Source of the DNA: Wallemia ichthyophaga EXF-994
Taxonomy: Eukaryota; Fungi; Basidiomycota
DNA: 32,000 bases
Direction: 5' to 3'
Assembly (NCBI RefSeq): GCF_000400465.1
Contig: NW_008806281.1
Span: 240,001-272,000 of the forward strand
Shown: positions 13,629-23,943 of the stretch, piece by piece
Numbering within the stretch: the first letter of the stretch is position 1
How the letters are laid out: each line of letters begins with the position of its first letter
Program-made: the position numbers and the translations under genes
Notes under the pieces: model-generated
The model's database searches: none
The model's input: the letters and a program-made list of their open reading frames with translations, nothing else
What the model was told of the DNA's origin: nothing

Positions 13629-15340
13629 TCAAGCATTTTTGAGAAGCGGAGTCCCTTCGTATTTGTGATACATCTGATACAATTGCTCTTGCTCCTCTTG
13701 CTCATATACTACTTGCTGTTTCTGCTGCTAACGAAACGCTTGTTGTTGATTGCTCTAGGATTTGCGATAAATGTGCCTGGATCAACGCCTCCATATCCAG
13801 TTGGTGCCTGACACAGTGCATGCTGCATACCAGCATTAGGCGCTCGTCCCTGATTCTGCCTATGACGCACGTCAATCATATACTGAGGCTGTGGTTGTGG
13901 TTTTGTCTCCATCTGAGCTTGTGGTTGAAGATGTGGCTGCGCTGCTTGTTGCTGTTGGATTGGCACTGTATTCTGCACCGCAGCACCCAACACCTGTGCT
14001 GCCTATACTGGCTACAATGCCTCAGCTCGCATCTCCGATCCAGGCACGCCTGTATTGTAAACCTTCTCATTCCACGCCTGACCCAGTCCCGCTTGCAAAG
14101 CATCCGAATTTTCTACAACCCATGATCCTGGTTCGTTGTATGTATTAGCAATAGCACACATCAAGTGGAAGTCACTCAAACACTCCCTTGCATTCTGGTA
14201 TGACTTCCTATTGATCTTGGGCTTGATTGTGTTTAGTGCCACTGGGTTCTTGATCAGCAGTGCATAGTCAGGGTACAGCTTGTCACTTTGTTAGCCTTTT
14301 CTGATTTGATCAAACACCACTTACCTTCTTCGATGGCACTTCACGGAAAATATCACTCCTTGGTCTACCATTCTCGTTCGTCAACGTCCAAACCACTTCG
14401 AAGAATGGCAAAAGGACCTTCTCCAGACGTTCCTTAGTCTCCCCATCAACACCGGCCTTCTTCTTCTTGTTCGTGGGTTCAGTCTCTTCAACATCGACAT
14501 TTGGATTACCATCAGTGAATGGTATTGCGCTTGCGCTAGCCCATTGGAAGATTTGAGACTGGTGTGGAAGTTTTAGTTGAAGATCTGCTATGTTTGCTAC
14601 CAGTGTTCAACTCGGGTGATTCGACAGGCGGAGCTATTTGCGGCTGCTGTTGCTGCTGTTGAGCCATATTGCGCTTATGTCTAGATGCTTCTTCGATAGT
14701 GGTACCATCATTTTCAAGCGCATTCTCCCATTGCTCTTCAGTCAGACCATCGTCGTACACAACACCAGCACGCGCTCTTCAACCGCCCTCCAAAGCCTCC
14801 TGATCAGCCTCAATAATAGGATTCTATTTGATCGTCGTTCTGTAGATTTCTGGTAACTCTCCGTCTGTAATCAATCTTCCAACATTATCAACAGGTAAAC
14901 CCTTCATTTGATTGGACAGCTTGTCATTCTCTGCTCTCTCCCTGTCCATTCTATTGAAGACATCTATTTCACTTTCCCCTCTAGCGAGCTGCTCGTTGAT
15001 TTCATTATCATTCATAACACCAGCTTCATCCTCTTCTTCAGCTTCTTGTTCGAGGAAAGATCTCAGGAAATCCTCACGCTCTTCAGCTGTCGATTTATTG
15101 TCAATTTACCTGCTTGGATAACCTTGCCGTCTATTTCCAACTTATACTGTGCACGTGCAAGAATCTGATTTTTGACTGAACGCTCAGTGATTAATCTCAA
15201 TATTCCAACTTCCTTCTTCTGCCCAAATCTATGAGCATGGTCTTGAGCTTGAAGATCAACGTGTGGATTCCAGTCTGAGTCGAAGATAATAACCGTGTCT
15301 GCTGATTGAAGGTTGAGACCCAAACCACTAGTCCTTGTAG
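13629..15340 (-). pseudogene. 5'-truncated, disabled copy of a SNF2/STH1-type SWI/SNF ATPase (helicase motifs V-VI, SnAC region, bromodomain, Q-rich tail)
   Basis: [40 protein letters not shown] (motif VI R>H), YDDGLTEEQW and YPDYALLIKNPVALNTIK...ANTYNEPGSWV. Frameshifts near 15103, 14835 and 14537; stops TGA 14779-14781, TAG 14012-14014 and TAG 14003-14005. An intron is retained at 14279-14324. Homology ends abruptly near 15340. Confidence 0.9.
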
Positions 15341-15399
15341 TCGAGTGAGATCTGAGTTTATCAAAGAGAACTATATGTCATGTGGAACATAATAAATAG

Positions 15400-16520
15400 T
15401 AATTCATTTGAAGTCTTTTAGTAAGCCGATTGTGCTCATATTGATTTGGATCATCATGATCATCATCTTTCAATACTTGCTCATCCTTCTTGACATTAAT
15501 AGGCAGTGTCTCATGGAGCGGCTGCGTTATGTGCAATTGTCCGCAATTATCATCTTGACATCCTTCATAGTGACTCTAATTGCCATCGTTTGTGATCTTT
15601 CTCGCGAGGGAGTTTGCGATACTGACTCTAACAGTTCCCAAATAGCTCTAGCGCCGTATGCTGGGGAGTATCCAGACTCCGCCAAATGATCGATACTCTC
15701 ATACCTCACATTCAAACGCATCTGCTTCTCCCCTAGCATCTTATTGACTTCAATGATACGCAATTTAGCATGTCTGATAGACCTGTGGTTGAGTTTGTTG
15801 AAAAACAACGTATGATCAAGTCGATTGAGAAACTTCGGAGGCTACACTCTCTCAACTCGTTCTAATACCTCTTTGGTAGCTTCCTCGGTAACATTCTCAT
15901 CTGGACTCTCGGTTCTGAGATGCTCTCAAGAGCTGAGATTAGAAGTGGCTATAATGATTGTTGCCTAAATTTAGGCTTGACCTTGGCTGTCTGTCAAGGT
16001 GTCATCCAGCATTTAGCTGCTTTAGCGGCGACAGTCTTGCGGCGATCGTGTTGGAGTTGAAGATTGTCAAGGCTTTTCTTAAAAGCCGCCGCACCTTCGA
16101 TGCTCGTGTTGAAGCAGGCCGAACCATCGTAGTGAGCTTTCGCCTTCTCTATTTCCTCGTTGCAAAGAGCCGATGACATCTGCCACATGTCAGACATTGC
16201 AATCGAATGACGTGACGTCCTTGACGCGTGTTGAGGAAGTTGAGACGCAAATCCATAAGCATTAAAGCTTCGCCTTGGAGATATATTTTACTGATGCCAA
16301 GGGTGTGGCATCCTCCTTGCGCTGGTTGGGATTGACGAGAAATCCTCACTCGTTCTTAATGGCAGTTTCTGTCTTCTCCTTGTATTTTTAGTGCGTTTTT
16401 GGTCCTTTTGCTGATCTCAGCTACGTCTTCGGCGTAAAACAGCTTCTTATTCTCCTTTTCACGCTCCCTGTTCATCATAGCGAGCATTTCTTCGAATTGA
16501 GCTTTTGAAGTCATTCGTTA
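15400..16520 (-). pseudogene. Heavily degraded ClpB/Hsp100 fragment (NBD2 and C-terminal domain), most like mitochondrial Hsp78
   Basis: Across shifting frames: AEDVAEISKRT, VRISRQ, LDD-TLTDSQG, TIIIATSNLSS, PKFLNRLDHTLFFNKL, GYSPAYGARAI. Multiple stops and frameshifts; no intact Walker A. Confidence 0.8.
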
Positions 16521-16882
16521 TAGTGAGCTTAGACAACAAACTGGATTTCCTGCACAATTAACTTTTATTATCTAATTACTTATGGCTGCGCCCTGGTCGC
16601 CATCCGACCCATTTCTCCTCGGTAGCTCCATTTCTTCCCAGAAGTCGAACAAAGGCGTAAACCCGTGTAAAATTGTTGAATATCTACATAATGCATTCAT
16701 ACATGTTTTTCTTCTTGACAAGATATGAACATTTCGTTAAAAAATTTCACCACGCCCATCATAAAATCTGCGCTCGCTCATTTTTTTTCCTCGGTCGATT
16801 TTATTTTTCACCCATCCCGAAATTCATCTCAGGATTTCGCTGAATTCAACTTAGGTTTTTCGTTCTTGACCAAGTTTTCAAA

Positions 16883-17683
16883 ATGGCTGACCGTGGTAAG
16901 TACAAGGGAATTTATAGGCGCCAACACAGCTCACATATTATAGGCAGAGGATTCGGTAGAGGCAGAGGTCGTGGACCACGCCGTGGCAGACAAACCAAAG
17001 ACGAGAGCAAGGAGTGGGTTCCAGTAACCAAGCTTGGCCGTCTTGTGAAGGCAGGCAAGGTCAAGTCAATGGAGGAGATCTACTTGTTCTCAATTCCTGT
17101 CAAGGAGTACCAAATTGTCGACTTCTTCTTGCCAAAGCTCAAGGATGAAGTTATGAAGATTTCTCCAGTTCAGAAGCAAACTAGAGCTGGTCAACGTACA
17201 CGCTTCAAGGCTTTCGTTGCAATTGGTGACTCTGATGGCCACGTTGGTCTCGGTGTCAAGTGCGCAAAGGAAGTTGCAACCGCTATCCGTGGTGCAATGA
17301 TCGCAGCAAAGCTTGCGACTATTCCAGTCAGACGTGGCTACTGGGGTAACGCTCTTGCTGAACCACACACAGTCCCTTGCAAGGTTTCTGGTAAGTGTGG
17401 TTCCGTCATGGCTAGGTTGGTTCCTGCTCCAAGAGGTACCGGTATCGTCGCTGCTCCTGCTTCAAAGAGGATGTTGCAATTAGCTGGTATTCAAGACTGT
17501 TACACTCAAACCAAGGGTAACACTTCAACCATGGGTAACTTTATCAAGGCCACCTTCCAAGCTATCTCTGGTACTTACGCTTTCCTCACTCCAAACCTCT
17601 GGCGTGATATTGCTCCACCACAGCATCCATTTGAAGAGCACTCAGCTCACCTTCAACTCGCACAAAAGCGTTCAGCTTACTAA
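16883..17683 (+). CDS. RPS2: 40S ribosomal protein uS5 (S2), 250 aa after removing a 48-nt intron
   Basis: RGG-rich N-tail, [41 protein letters not shown]. Intron 16896-16943 (GTAAGT...TAG) is in frame and has no stop. Confidence 0.97.
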   Translation: MADRGKYKGIYRRQHSSHIIGRGFGRGRGRGPRRGRQTKDESKEWVPVTKLGRLVKAGKVKSMEEIYLFSIPVKEYQIVDFFLPKLKDEVMKISPVQKQTRAGQRTRFKAFVAIGDSDGHVGLGVKCAKEVATAIRGAMIAAKLATIPVRRGYWGNALAEPHTVPCKVSGKCGSVMARLVPAPRGTGIVAAPASKRMLQLAGIQDCYTQTKGNTSTMGNFIKATFQAISGTYAFLTPNLWRDIAPPQHPFEEHSAHLQLAQKRSAY

Positions 17684-17779
17684 GTCTAAGTGCTTATCTT
17701 TTGTAAGAGTTTGATTGTTCTTGAAATTTGTACGATTAGATTTGGTTGTGCTTGATTTGGGAGTGTACTTCATACCATC

Positions 17780-19228
17780 ATGTCTGATCAACTTACACCG
17801 CTAGCTATAGCATTCTCTGGTGCATTAGGCGCTGTTGTTAGCAGTTAGTTGAGATTTCTTGTCGATGATAGCTTCTAATTGTTCAAAGACGGCATTGTTT
17901 ACCCACTTGACACACTCAAAACACGCATACAAGCTAAAGACGCTAGCGACGAAACTGAAGACAGCGAAAGCAGCGATAACACCAAATATCAAGTCACAGA
18001 CATTTCAAATGATCTAGCACACATCCCTAAGAATACTCTTATCAACGGTATCATAAAGCTGTTCAAACAAGAAGGCATAGCAGCTGCGTATGGTGGTTTT
18101 GGTGCAAGTATGCTCAACACATTCTCACAGCGTGGGTTTCATTGGCTGTTTATGTATTATTCTCATGAAACCCCCAGAATTCGCATACTTTGTACGCACA
18201 CCGCTTATTGAACTCCACCTTCTAACCGGTCGCTACAAAAGTATTGGTATGGCGCAGTGAGAACGGCGTGGATCAAGTCATCCAAAAACAACGGCAATCT
18301 ATCCACAGTTGTTGAGTTACTCATGTGAGTTGAGTGTGTTTGTTTGGTATGATGATGTCATGACTCACACACATACACACTCAGCGGTGCAATAGCCGGC
18401 GATCTCGCACAGGTATTCACTATACCTGTCAATGTCATAGCCACAAGACAGCAGATCGGCGTGCAAGACGGCAACACCAACGCTACCTTCTTCTCCGTAG
18501 CTAAGCAGATAATCACAGACGACGGTCTTACTGGGCTGTGGAGGGGCTTACAGCCATCGCTGGTTCTTTCAGGTGGGATCCTTTCTTGTTATGCGAGCTC
18601 ATTCTTACGTTTTTTACGCTTTTCTCGCTCTCAGTCAATCCCGCTATCACTTACGGCGCTTACGAGAAACTTAAAACTGCCGCTCTGTCGAGACATCTCA
18701 GCCGCAGCGACGGGAGGATGAGTCCATGGGCCAATTTTTTCCTCGGGGCTATGTCCAAGACAGCAGCGACTATCGTGGGTAGAGGTTGTTTGTGCTGAAC
18801 TGGTCTGATGATACACATACAGGTCACATACCCTTATGTTAGTCTGCATTTGCGCTGATATACATATGTCACTGTCTCTAACAAGCACCCAGATCATGGC
18901 GAAAGTTAGAGTCATGGCTGGTACCCCGGTTACTTGGCGTAGCTCAAGAACCATTGAGCAGGACAAGAAGGAGTTGAAGAAGAATACAGGCGCACTTAAG
19001 CTCCTCATGCACATTTACAAGAAGAGGGGTATTGCTGGGTGGTACCAGGTGGGTCACTCTAGCAGCTCACTAGCACACTTTCTAATACTTGTCTCTTTCC
19101 TGCAGGGCATGCACGCTCAAATTGTCAAGGCCGTTCTCCAACAAGCTCTCTTGTTCGTCTTGAGAGACATATTTGAAAAGTACACCCTTTTCGGCGTGCT
19201 TATCTTGCGCTCTCTCCGTTCAGCTTGA
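17780..19228 (+). CDS. ANT1: Mitochondrial carrier family protein, peroxisomal adenine nucleotide transporter (Ant1/PMP47-like)
   Basis: SGALGAVVSNGIVYPLDTLKTRIQ, QFAYFYWY, TIPVNVIATRQQ, GLWRGLQPSLVLSVNPAITYG and TYPYIMAKVR. Several introns, with microexons at 18178-18191 and 18823-18837. Confidence 0.85.
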
Positions 19229-19322
19229 TGGGGTGGTGGGTTGTGTAGTATGAAATATGTGGTATTTGGCTTGTAGCTGTTGTCTTTGATACATGTATGT
19301 ATCTAAATATGAGTGGATTCTT

Positions 19323-20316
19323 TTACAGATTGACAATATCAACAATCACAGCATGCAGATTGTAATCCTTATCCTTATCATTCACATAATGACCACCGAC
19401 TGGACTGTTAGCTGCATTGACATGAATAGTGTAGTCACCGTTGTCGTAATGAACGACTTGAAATCCTCTGCTTTCGTGTATATGTCCAAAGACATGTAGT
19501 TTTGGTCTCAGACGCGGCAGTGCGTCTGTCAATTCGATGCAGCCGACGTGTAAATTGGATTGGGTTTTATCGAGGATGTTTCGAGGAGGACCGTGGGTGA
19601 TTCTGAGAAGGTGTTAGCTGAGAGTGCAGGAGTATGTGCTCTCCACTCAACAAAACATCGGTAGGTTCAAAGCTGCTGACTGTTTCTAATATTGTGTTAG
19701 TTTTGGGTGGATTGAGTGGAATCAAGCTATCACAACCCACGTAATGCTTTCATAGCTGTCTGCAACGAGGTTATTTTCAAGCAATATGAGTGAGACACAC
19801 TTACATGCTTCGTTGGTCGACGGGAGGGGTATAGAGGAGAACCAAGAATCTTCCATGTCTTTCTATCTATGCCTATTTCTCTGGTGTTATTTTGGAGGTA
19901 GTAAACACCATTAGTGACACCTTGAATTCCACATAGGAAGTGTATAGCGTCGGGGTCGCTGTGAGATAGATTCCAACTGCCATTTGTATATGGATATCCC
20001 TCTCTCAGTAACATTATATCGTGATTTCCAGCTATAATGACTTTTGAAGGGCAGGAAGATGATGCAAGCCAATTTGCAGTTACTCCATATTCAATGTTGG
20101 ACAGAGTAGACAAATCACCTGCGTGTATGAGAATTTCACCGTATGGAATATCGAATGTACGATTGTGAGTGTCCTGTGTGTGTTTAGGAGGGCTATTTGA
20201 TAGTGCTGGCTACGCACAGATATCAGAATGAAACGCGTTGAGTTTGGCAATTTATTTGGAGGTGCAGCAAGATCATATTCAAAGTAGATGGCGAATTCAT
20301 CTTGAACCAGATTCAT
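19323..20316 (-). CDS. Calcineurin-like metallophosphoesterase (MPPED-type)
   Basis: Splicing recovers all five motifs: ISDTH, HAGDL, IAGNHD, ITHGPP and FGHIHE. Confidence 0.88.
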
Positions 20317-20387
20317 GTACACGTCTATAGCCTCTGTGAATAGCCACCTCCCTGCCTCTCAACCACCAAATATAAATATTATTTAAA

Positions 20388-21292
20388 ATGTCTAGTATCG
20401 GCACTGGATATGATTTATCTGCATCCACGTATTCCCCAGATGGCAGAATATTCCAAGTCGGTCGCCTCTTACGCCAGAAACAGCACACGCTGACGTTTGC
20501 ATGCATTTTAGATTGAATACGCAAACAAGGCTGTGGAGAATGCTGGGTGGGTATAGATTGGCTTATGTACGCTATCTCACTCCTTCCAGCACTGTAATTG
20601 GGATTAGAACTAAAGACGGCGTCATCCTCGCTGCACAGAAGCTGTTAGATTCCAAATTGCTCGTTTCTGGCACAGCCAAGCGTATACTGACTGCTGATAT
20701 GCATATCGGTATGGTAAGTGTGGTTTCCTGTTCACGATTCCCTCTTCTCAACTCGCTCCACTCCCAGGCCTCTGCCGGTTTGCGTGCGGATGGAAAGCAC
20801 CTTCAGACAAGGGCGAGAGAGGAGTGCAAGAACTACCGCGACAACTACATGTCGCCTATCCCCCTCAAACACCTCTCTGACAGACTCGGCTCGTATCTCA
20901 ACGCGTACACGCTGTACTCCTCCGTGAGGCCATTCGGGATATCCACAGTCATCTCGTCGTGCGACAAGAACGGTCCACAGCTCTACGCTATTGAGCCATC
21001 TGGTCTCTACTGGGGATACCAAGCTACTGCTATCGGTAAAGGCAAGCAACTCGCTCAGACGGAACTCGAGAAACTTAATTTCGACGAGCTGTCAATGCGT
21101 CAGGCTGTGTTTGAAGCAGCTAGAATTATTCACCTCGTTCATGACCCTACTAAGGACAAGGGATTCGAGTTGGAGATTAGCTGGATCGGTAAAGACTCGC
21201 AGTATAAACACGTTCACGTGCCTGCGCAACTGTATGACGAGGCTAACGAGTTGGGTAAGACACAGGCTGAGTCTGGACGTATGCAGGAGTGA
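20388..21292 (+). CDS. PRE10: 20S proteasome subunit alpha 7
   Basis: [62 protein letters not shown]; three introns. Confidence 0.95.
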
Positions 21293-21366
21293 GTTGGTGT
21301 ATGCAGTATGCAGTTAAGTGTTAAGTGTATTTGATAAAGATGAGCATGATTAGCGCATTACAAGAA

Positions 21367-22150
21367 CTACTTGTTCTCTGGAGTGAATTTCAAGCTGTGC
21401 TCGGTGTTAGGAGTGTTAAATAACTAAGCCAACCTATTTAAACCCACCTAACGGAATTGACACAGTGACGGTCATTCACCTTGTCACCAGCTAGATTCTT
21501 ATATCCCTCGCCTTCAAAGATGTGTCCAAGATGACCGTCGCAGTTGGAGCATGTTATTTCGATCCTCTTCATCCCGAATGAGTTATCGACGTGACGGTTG
21601 ATTTTCCCGGGGAGGGCTGTGAAATAAGCAGGCCAGCCGCCTAAAGGGGTGTGAGTGTGATAACCGGTGTGATTACGAATGCTTACAATGGCTAACCATT
21701 TTGTGGCTATTGTTTGGTTAAATTTTCATAGGTGGTGTCTCAAAGAAAAACGCACTCAGATGTATAAAGTGGAGTGTCGCAACCAGCGCAATTGTACACG
21801 CCTTTGTCGAAATGCTCGTCGTATTCACCTAAGTCGGTGTGTCAACTATGACGTTATTCACCGCCACAGTGGCAAACCTCACCAGTGCCTGCCATTTCGG
21901 TGCCCTTTTGACGTAGAATGCGGAACTGGAGGGCGTTAGAGGTTTGTGTGGGGGATGATATATGAATTGTACCTGCTCTGGAGAAAGCTTTGCTTGCCAT
22001 TCAGCTGTGTATCCAGTGAGTTGTGTTTAGACTGTAGAATGCAAAAGAATGCCCACCTTCTGAAATCATCTTGTGTTTTGCTGCTTGGGTGGTGCTTGTG
22101 ATTCTTCTTGCTAAAGTAGGTCTAGCTGCTAGTGCTCTACGTAGTAGCAT
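21367..22150 (-). CDS. MXR2: Methionine-R-sulfoxide reductase MsrB with N-terminal mitochondrial-type presequence (not in ORF track)
   Basis: Manual splicing gives MLLRRALAARPTLARRITSTTQAAKHK-MISEAEWQAKLSPEQFRILRQKGTEMAGTGEYDEHFDKGVYNCAGCDTPLYTSDHKMVSHCGWPAYF...EITCSNCDGHLGHIFEGEG...RHCVNSVSLKF, with two CxxC zinc motifs and the catalytic RHCVNS. Confidence 0.93.
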
Positions 22151-22275
22151 TATAAGAAAGAGTAGACATGGCAATATAAATCAGTCTATGTATATTGTAT
22201 ATGTGGATTGTATCGATTGAAAGCATCCTCGACATTCTCAGCATCCTTAACGCCCTCAACACCCTCACAACCCAA

Positions 22276-22968
22276 ATGCCATCTTCCATACTCCTCCTCA
22301 ATCCGAATTCCAGCGAACAAGTCACAGAAGGGCTGCGCAGTCTAGTGGGAAACTGCAGCGATGACGAGTGCAGTATAACGACCCAATCGGCACCGCCCGA
22401 GGCACCAAGGAGCATCTACGACACCGCCAGTGGCGTAAAGAGTGCCATGGAATGTTACAAGCGCAACTACACGCAATACGACGGTGTAATAGTAGGATGC
22501 TATTCGAACCATCCCCTCATACCAATGCTCCGCGAGCGGTACAAGTACAAGCAGATCATCGGTGTCTTAGAGGCTTCTATCACCGCAGCTCTGCTATCTC
22601 CCGCGAGGAAATTCGGCTTTGTCACTACCTCCCCGCACTGGATCGACGAGTTCGGTAGAGCTGTAGGTGAGACCCTCGGCATTGGCGCCAACGCGTCAGA
22701 TCGCTACGTTGGAACCACCTGCAGTGATTTCGATGTCGTAGAATTGCGTACTGCTAAAGAAAGCACCGTCAATGCTAAACTTATTCATTGCGCTCAGGAT
22801 CTCGTACAGCGTGGCGCAAACACTGTTGTTCTCGCTTGCGCAGGTATGGCTGGGAAAAGTGTGTACGTTCAACACCAACTGCGTCAACTCAATAGCCAGC
22901 GCGTAGATGTTATCGATGGGGTGCAAGTGGCCGTTGACCAGATGAAAATGTTGGTTAAAATGTTGTGA
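22276..22968 (+). CDS. DCG1: Asp/Glu/hydantoin racemase family protein (Dcg1-like), intronless
   Basis: ILLLNPNSSEQVT, DGVIVGCYSNHPL, IGVLEAS and VVLACAGM retain both catalytic-type Cys; ATG at 22276, TATAAA at 22175-22180. Confidence 0.85.
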   Translation: MPSSILLLNPNSSEQVTEGLRSLVGNCSDDECSITTQSAPPEAPRSIYDTASGVKSAMECYKRNYTQYDGVIVGCYSNHPLIPMLRERYKYKQIIGVLEASITAALLSPARKFGFVTTSPHWIDEFGRAVGETLGIGANASDRYVGTTCSDFDVVELRTAKESTVNAKLIHCAQDLVQRGANTVVLACAGMAGKSVYVQHQLRQLNSQRVDVIDGVQVAVDQMKMLVKML

Positions 22969-22982
22969 TGAGATGATTATGC

Positions 22983-23016
22983 CAAATGTCTCAAATATCT
23001 CAAATGTCTCAAATGT
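22983..23016. repeat. 9-bp tandem repeat (CAAATGTCT), ~4 copies, between the convergent DCG1 and IES2 3' ends
   Basis: caaatgtct caaatatct caaatgtct caaatgt read directly. Confidence 0.8.
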
Positions 23017-23032
23017 AATACATTACAACTGC

Positions 23033-23922
23033 TCACTGTACACTAAATAAGGCACCACTTGGTCTACTCACCCAACGATAGGTGAGCAATGACTGCGGAG
23101 TTTCATCGACGACAACCTGCGAAGACTCGCGATCCTCCTCATCTTTATCCTCCTCCTTCTTTCCTCGACGTTTAGAAGCGGTTTTGGTGAGCAATCTGTT
23201 GATAGTCTCCACCTTCTCATTCTCTAGACGCTGATCAGATTGGTGTTTACGCCTGCGCAGCAACTCAGCCTTTTTCAACGCCTGTTCTTCTTCTGTGAGC
23301 GTAGTCTTATGCTGTCTGCCTATATCAAGTGACATGAGCTCTGGTGTGTCGCTGGTGCCGTCGTCATTGGGTTGTTTGAGTGCAGCACGCTGTCTCGCAG
23401 TGAGACGTTGTTCATCTTTATCATTGTCTTTCCGCGTGTCTGCGTCATCGAGGTCATCCAACTCATCTTGATCGAGGTCATCCTCACCTTCACCCTCACC
23501 CTCACCACTGCTTATCTCGTCAATTTCCTCCTCACGCGATTTTTCGCGCGGTTTCTGCTGAGTTGCACGGGCGGAAGTGCGGGCAGAAGAGCGTGCACCG
23601 CGTGGTCTAGCAGCAGCACTCGAGTTGGATTTCTTATTAGTGGAACCAGGTGGGCGACCTCTGCGAGCCTTTGGCTTGGAGGTTTGAGACGGTGTGTCGT
23701 CGTCGTCGTTGTCGTCGTTGTCGTCATCCTCGTCGTCGTCGTTGTGTATATCGTCGTCATCGTCGACCATGTCCACATCATCTTGAGAATAATCCTCCAT
23801 GTTATCGTGTCCATCCTCCGAGGCTAACTCGTCTACCTCATCATCCTCACTCTCGACGATGGCTTGTAATAAATTTAATTTAATTTCCAGTTAAAATCCA
23901 ACTAAGACGCACTCTTTGGCAT
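23033..23922 (-). CDS. IES2: INO80 complex subunit Ies2 (PAPA-1 domain)
   Basis: Acidic N-terminus, then LTEEEQALKKAELLRRRKHQSDQRLENEKVETINRLL and a C-terminal YRWVS. Proposed start ATG 23922 with a short first exon (MPK) and a GTGCGT intron; alternative start at 23800. Confidence 0.8.
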
Positions 23923-23943
23923 TTTATTTTTATTTATCTTTAT

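Noticed and set aside
13629-15340. An intact SNF2 gene split by introns or RNA editing
   Set aside because: The disruptions are 1-nt frameshifts and stops without splice signals, the N-terminal ATPase lobe is absent, and motif VI is mutated.
16149-16349. CxxCxxC-containing ORF (LQCLTCGRCHRLF) resembling a zinc-ribbon protein
   Set aside because: Lies within the frameshifted Hsp100 relic; neighbouring frames give ClpB NBD2 motifs, so the cysteines are probably incidental.
13500-16600. Transposon or Helitron boundaries around the pseudogene block
   Set aside because: No terminal inverted repeats, LTRs, target-site duplication, hairpin-CTRR end or transposase sequence could be identified by eye.
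16738-16749. RRPE-like element (reverse complement TGAAATTTTTT) upstream of RPS2
   Set aside because: A short AT-rich match that is likely by chance; a similar string occurs near 7967, and the motif's role in this lineage is unverified.
22276-22968. Horizontal transfer of the intronless racemase
   Set aside because: Dcg1-type racemases are widespread in fungi, its composition matches the neighbours, and other native genes here are also intronless.
23320-23883. Poly-Thr, poly-Val and poly-Arg ORFs over IES2
   Set aside because: Alternate frames of the (GAC/GAT)n acidic repeat.
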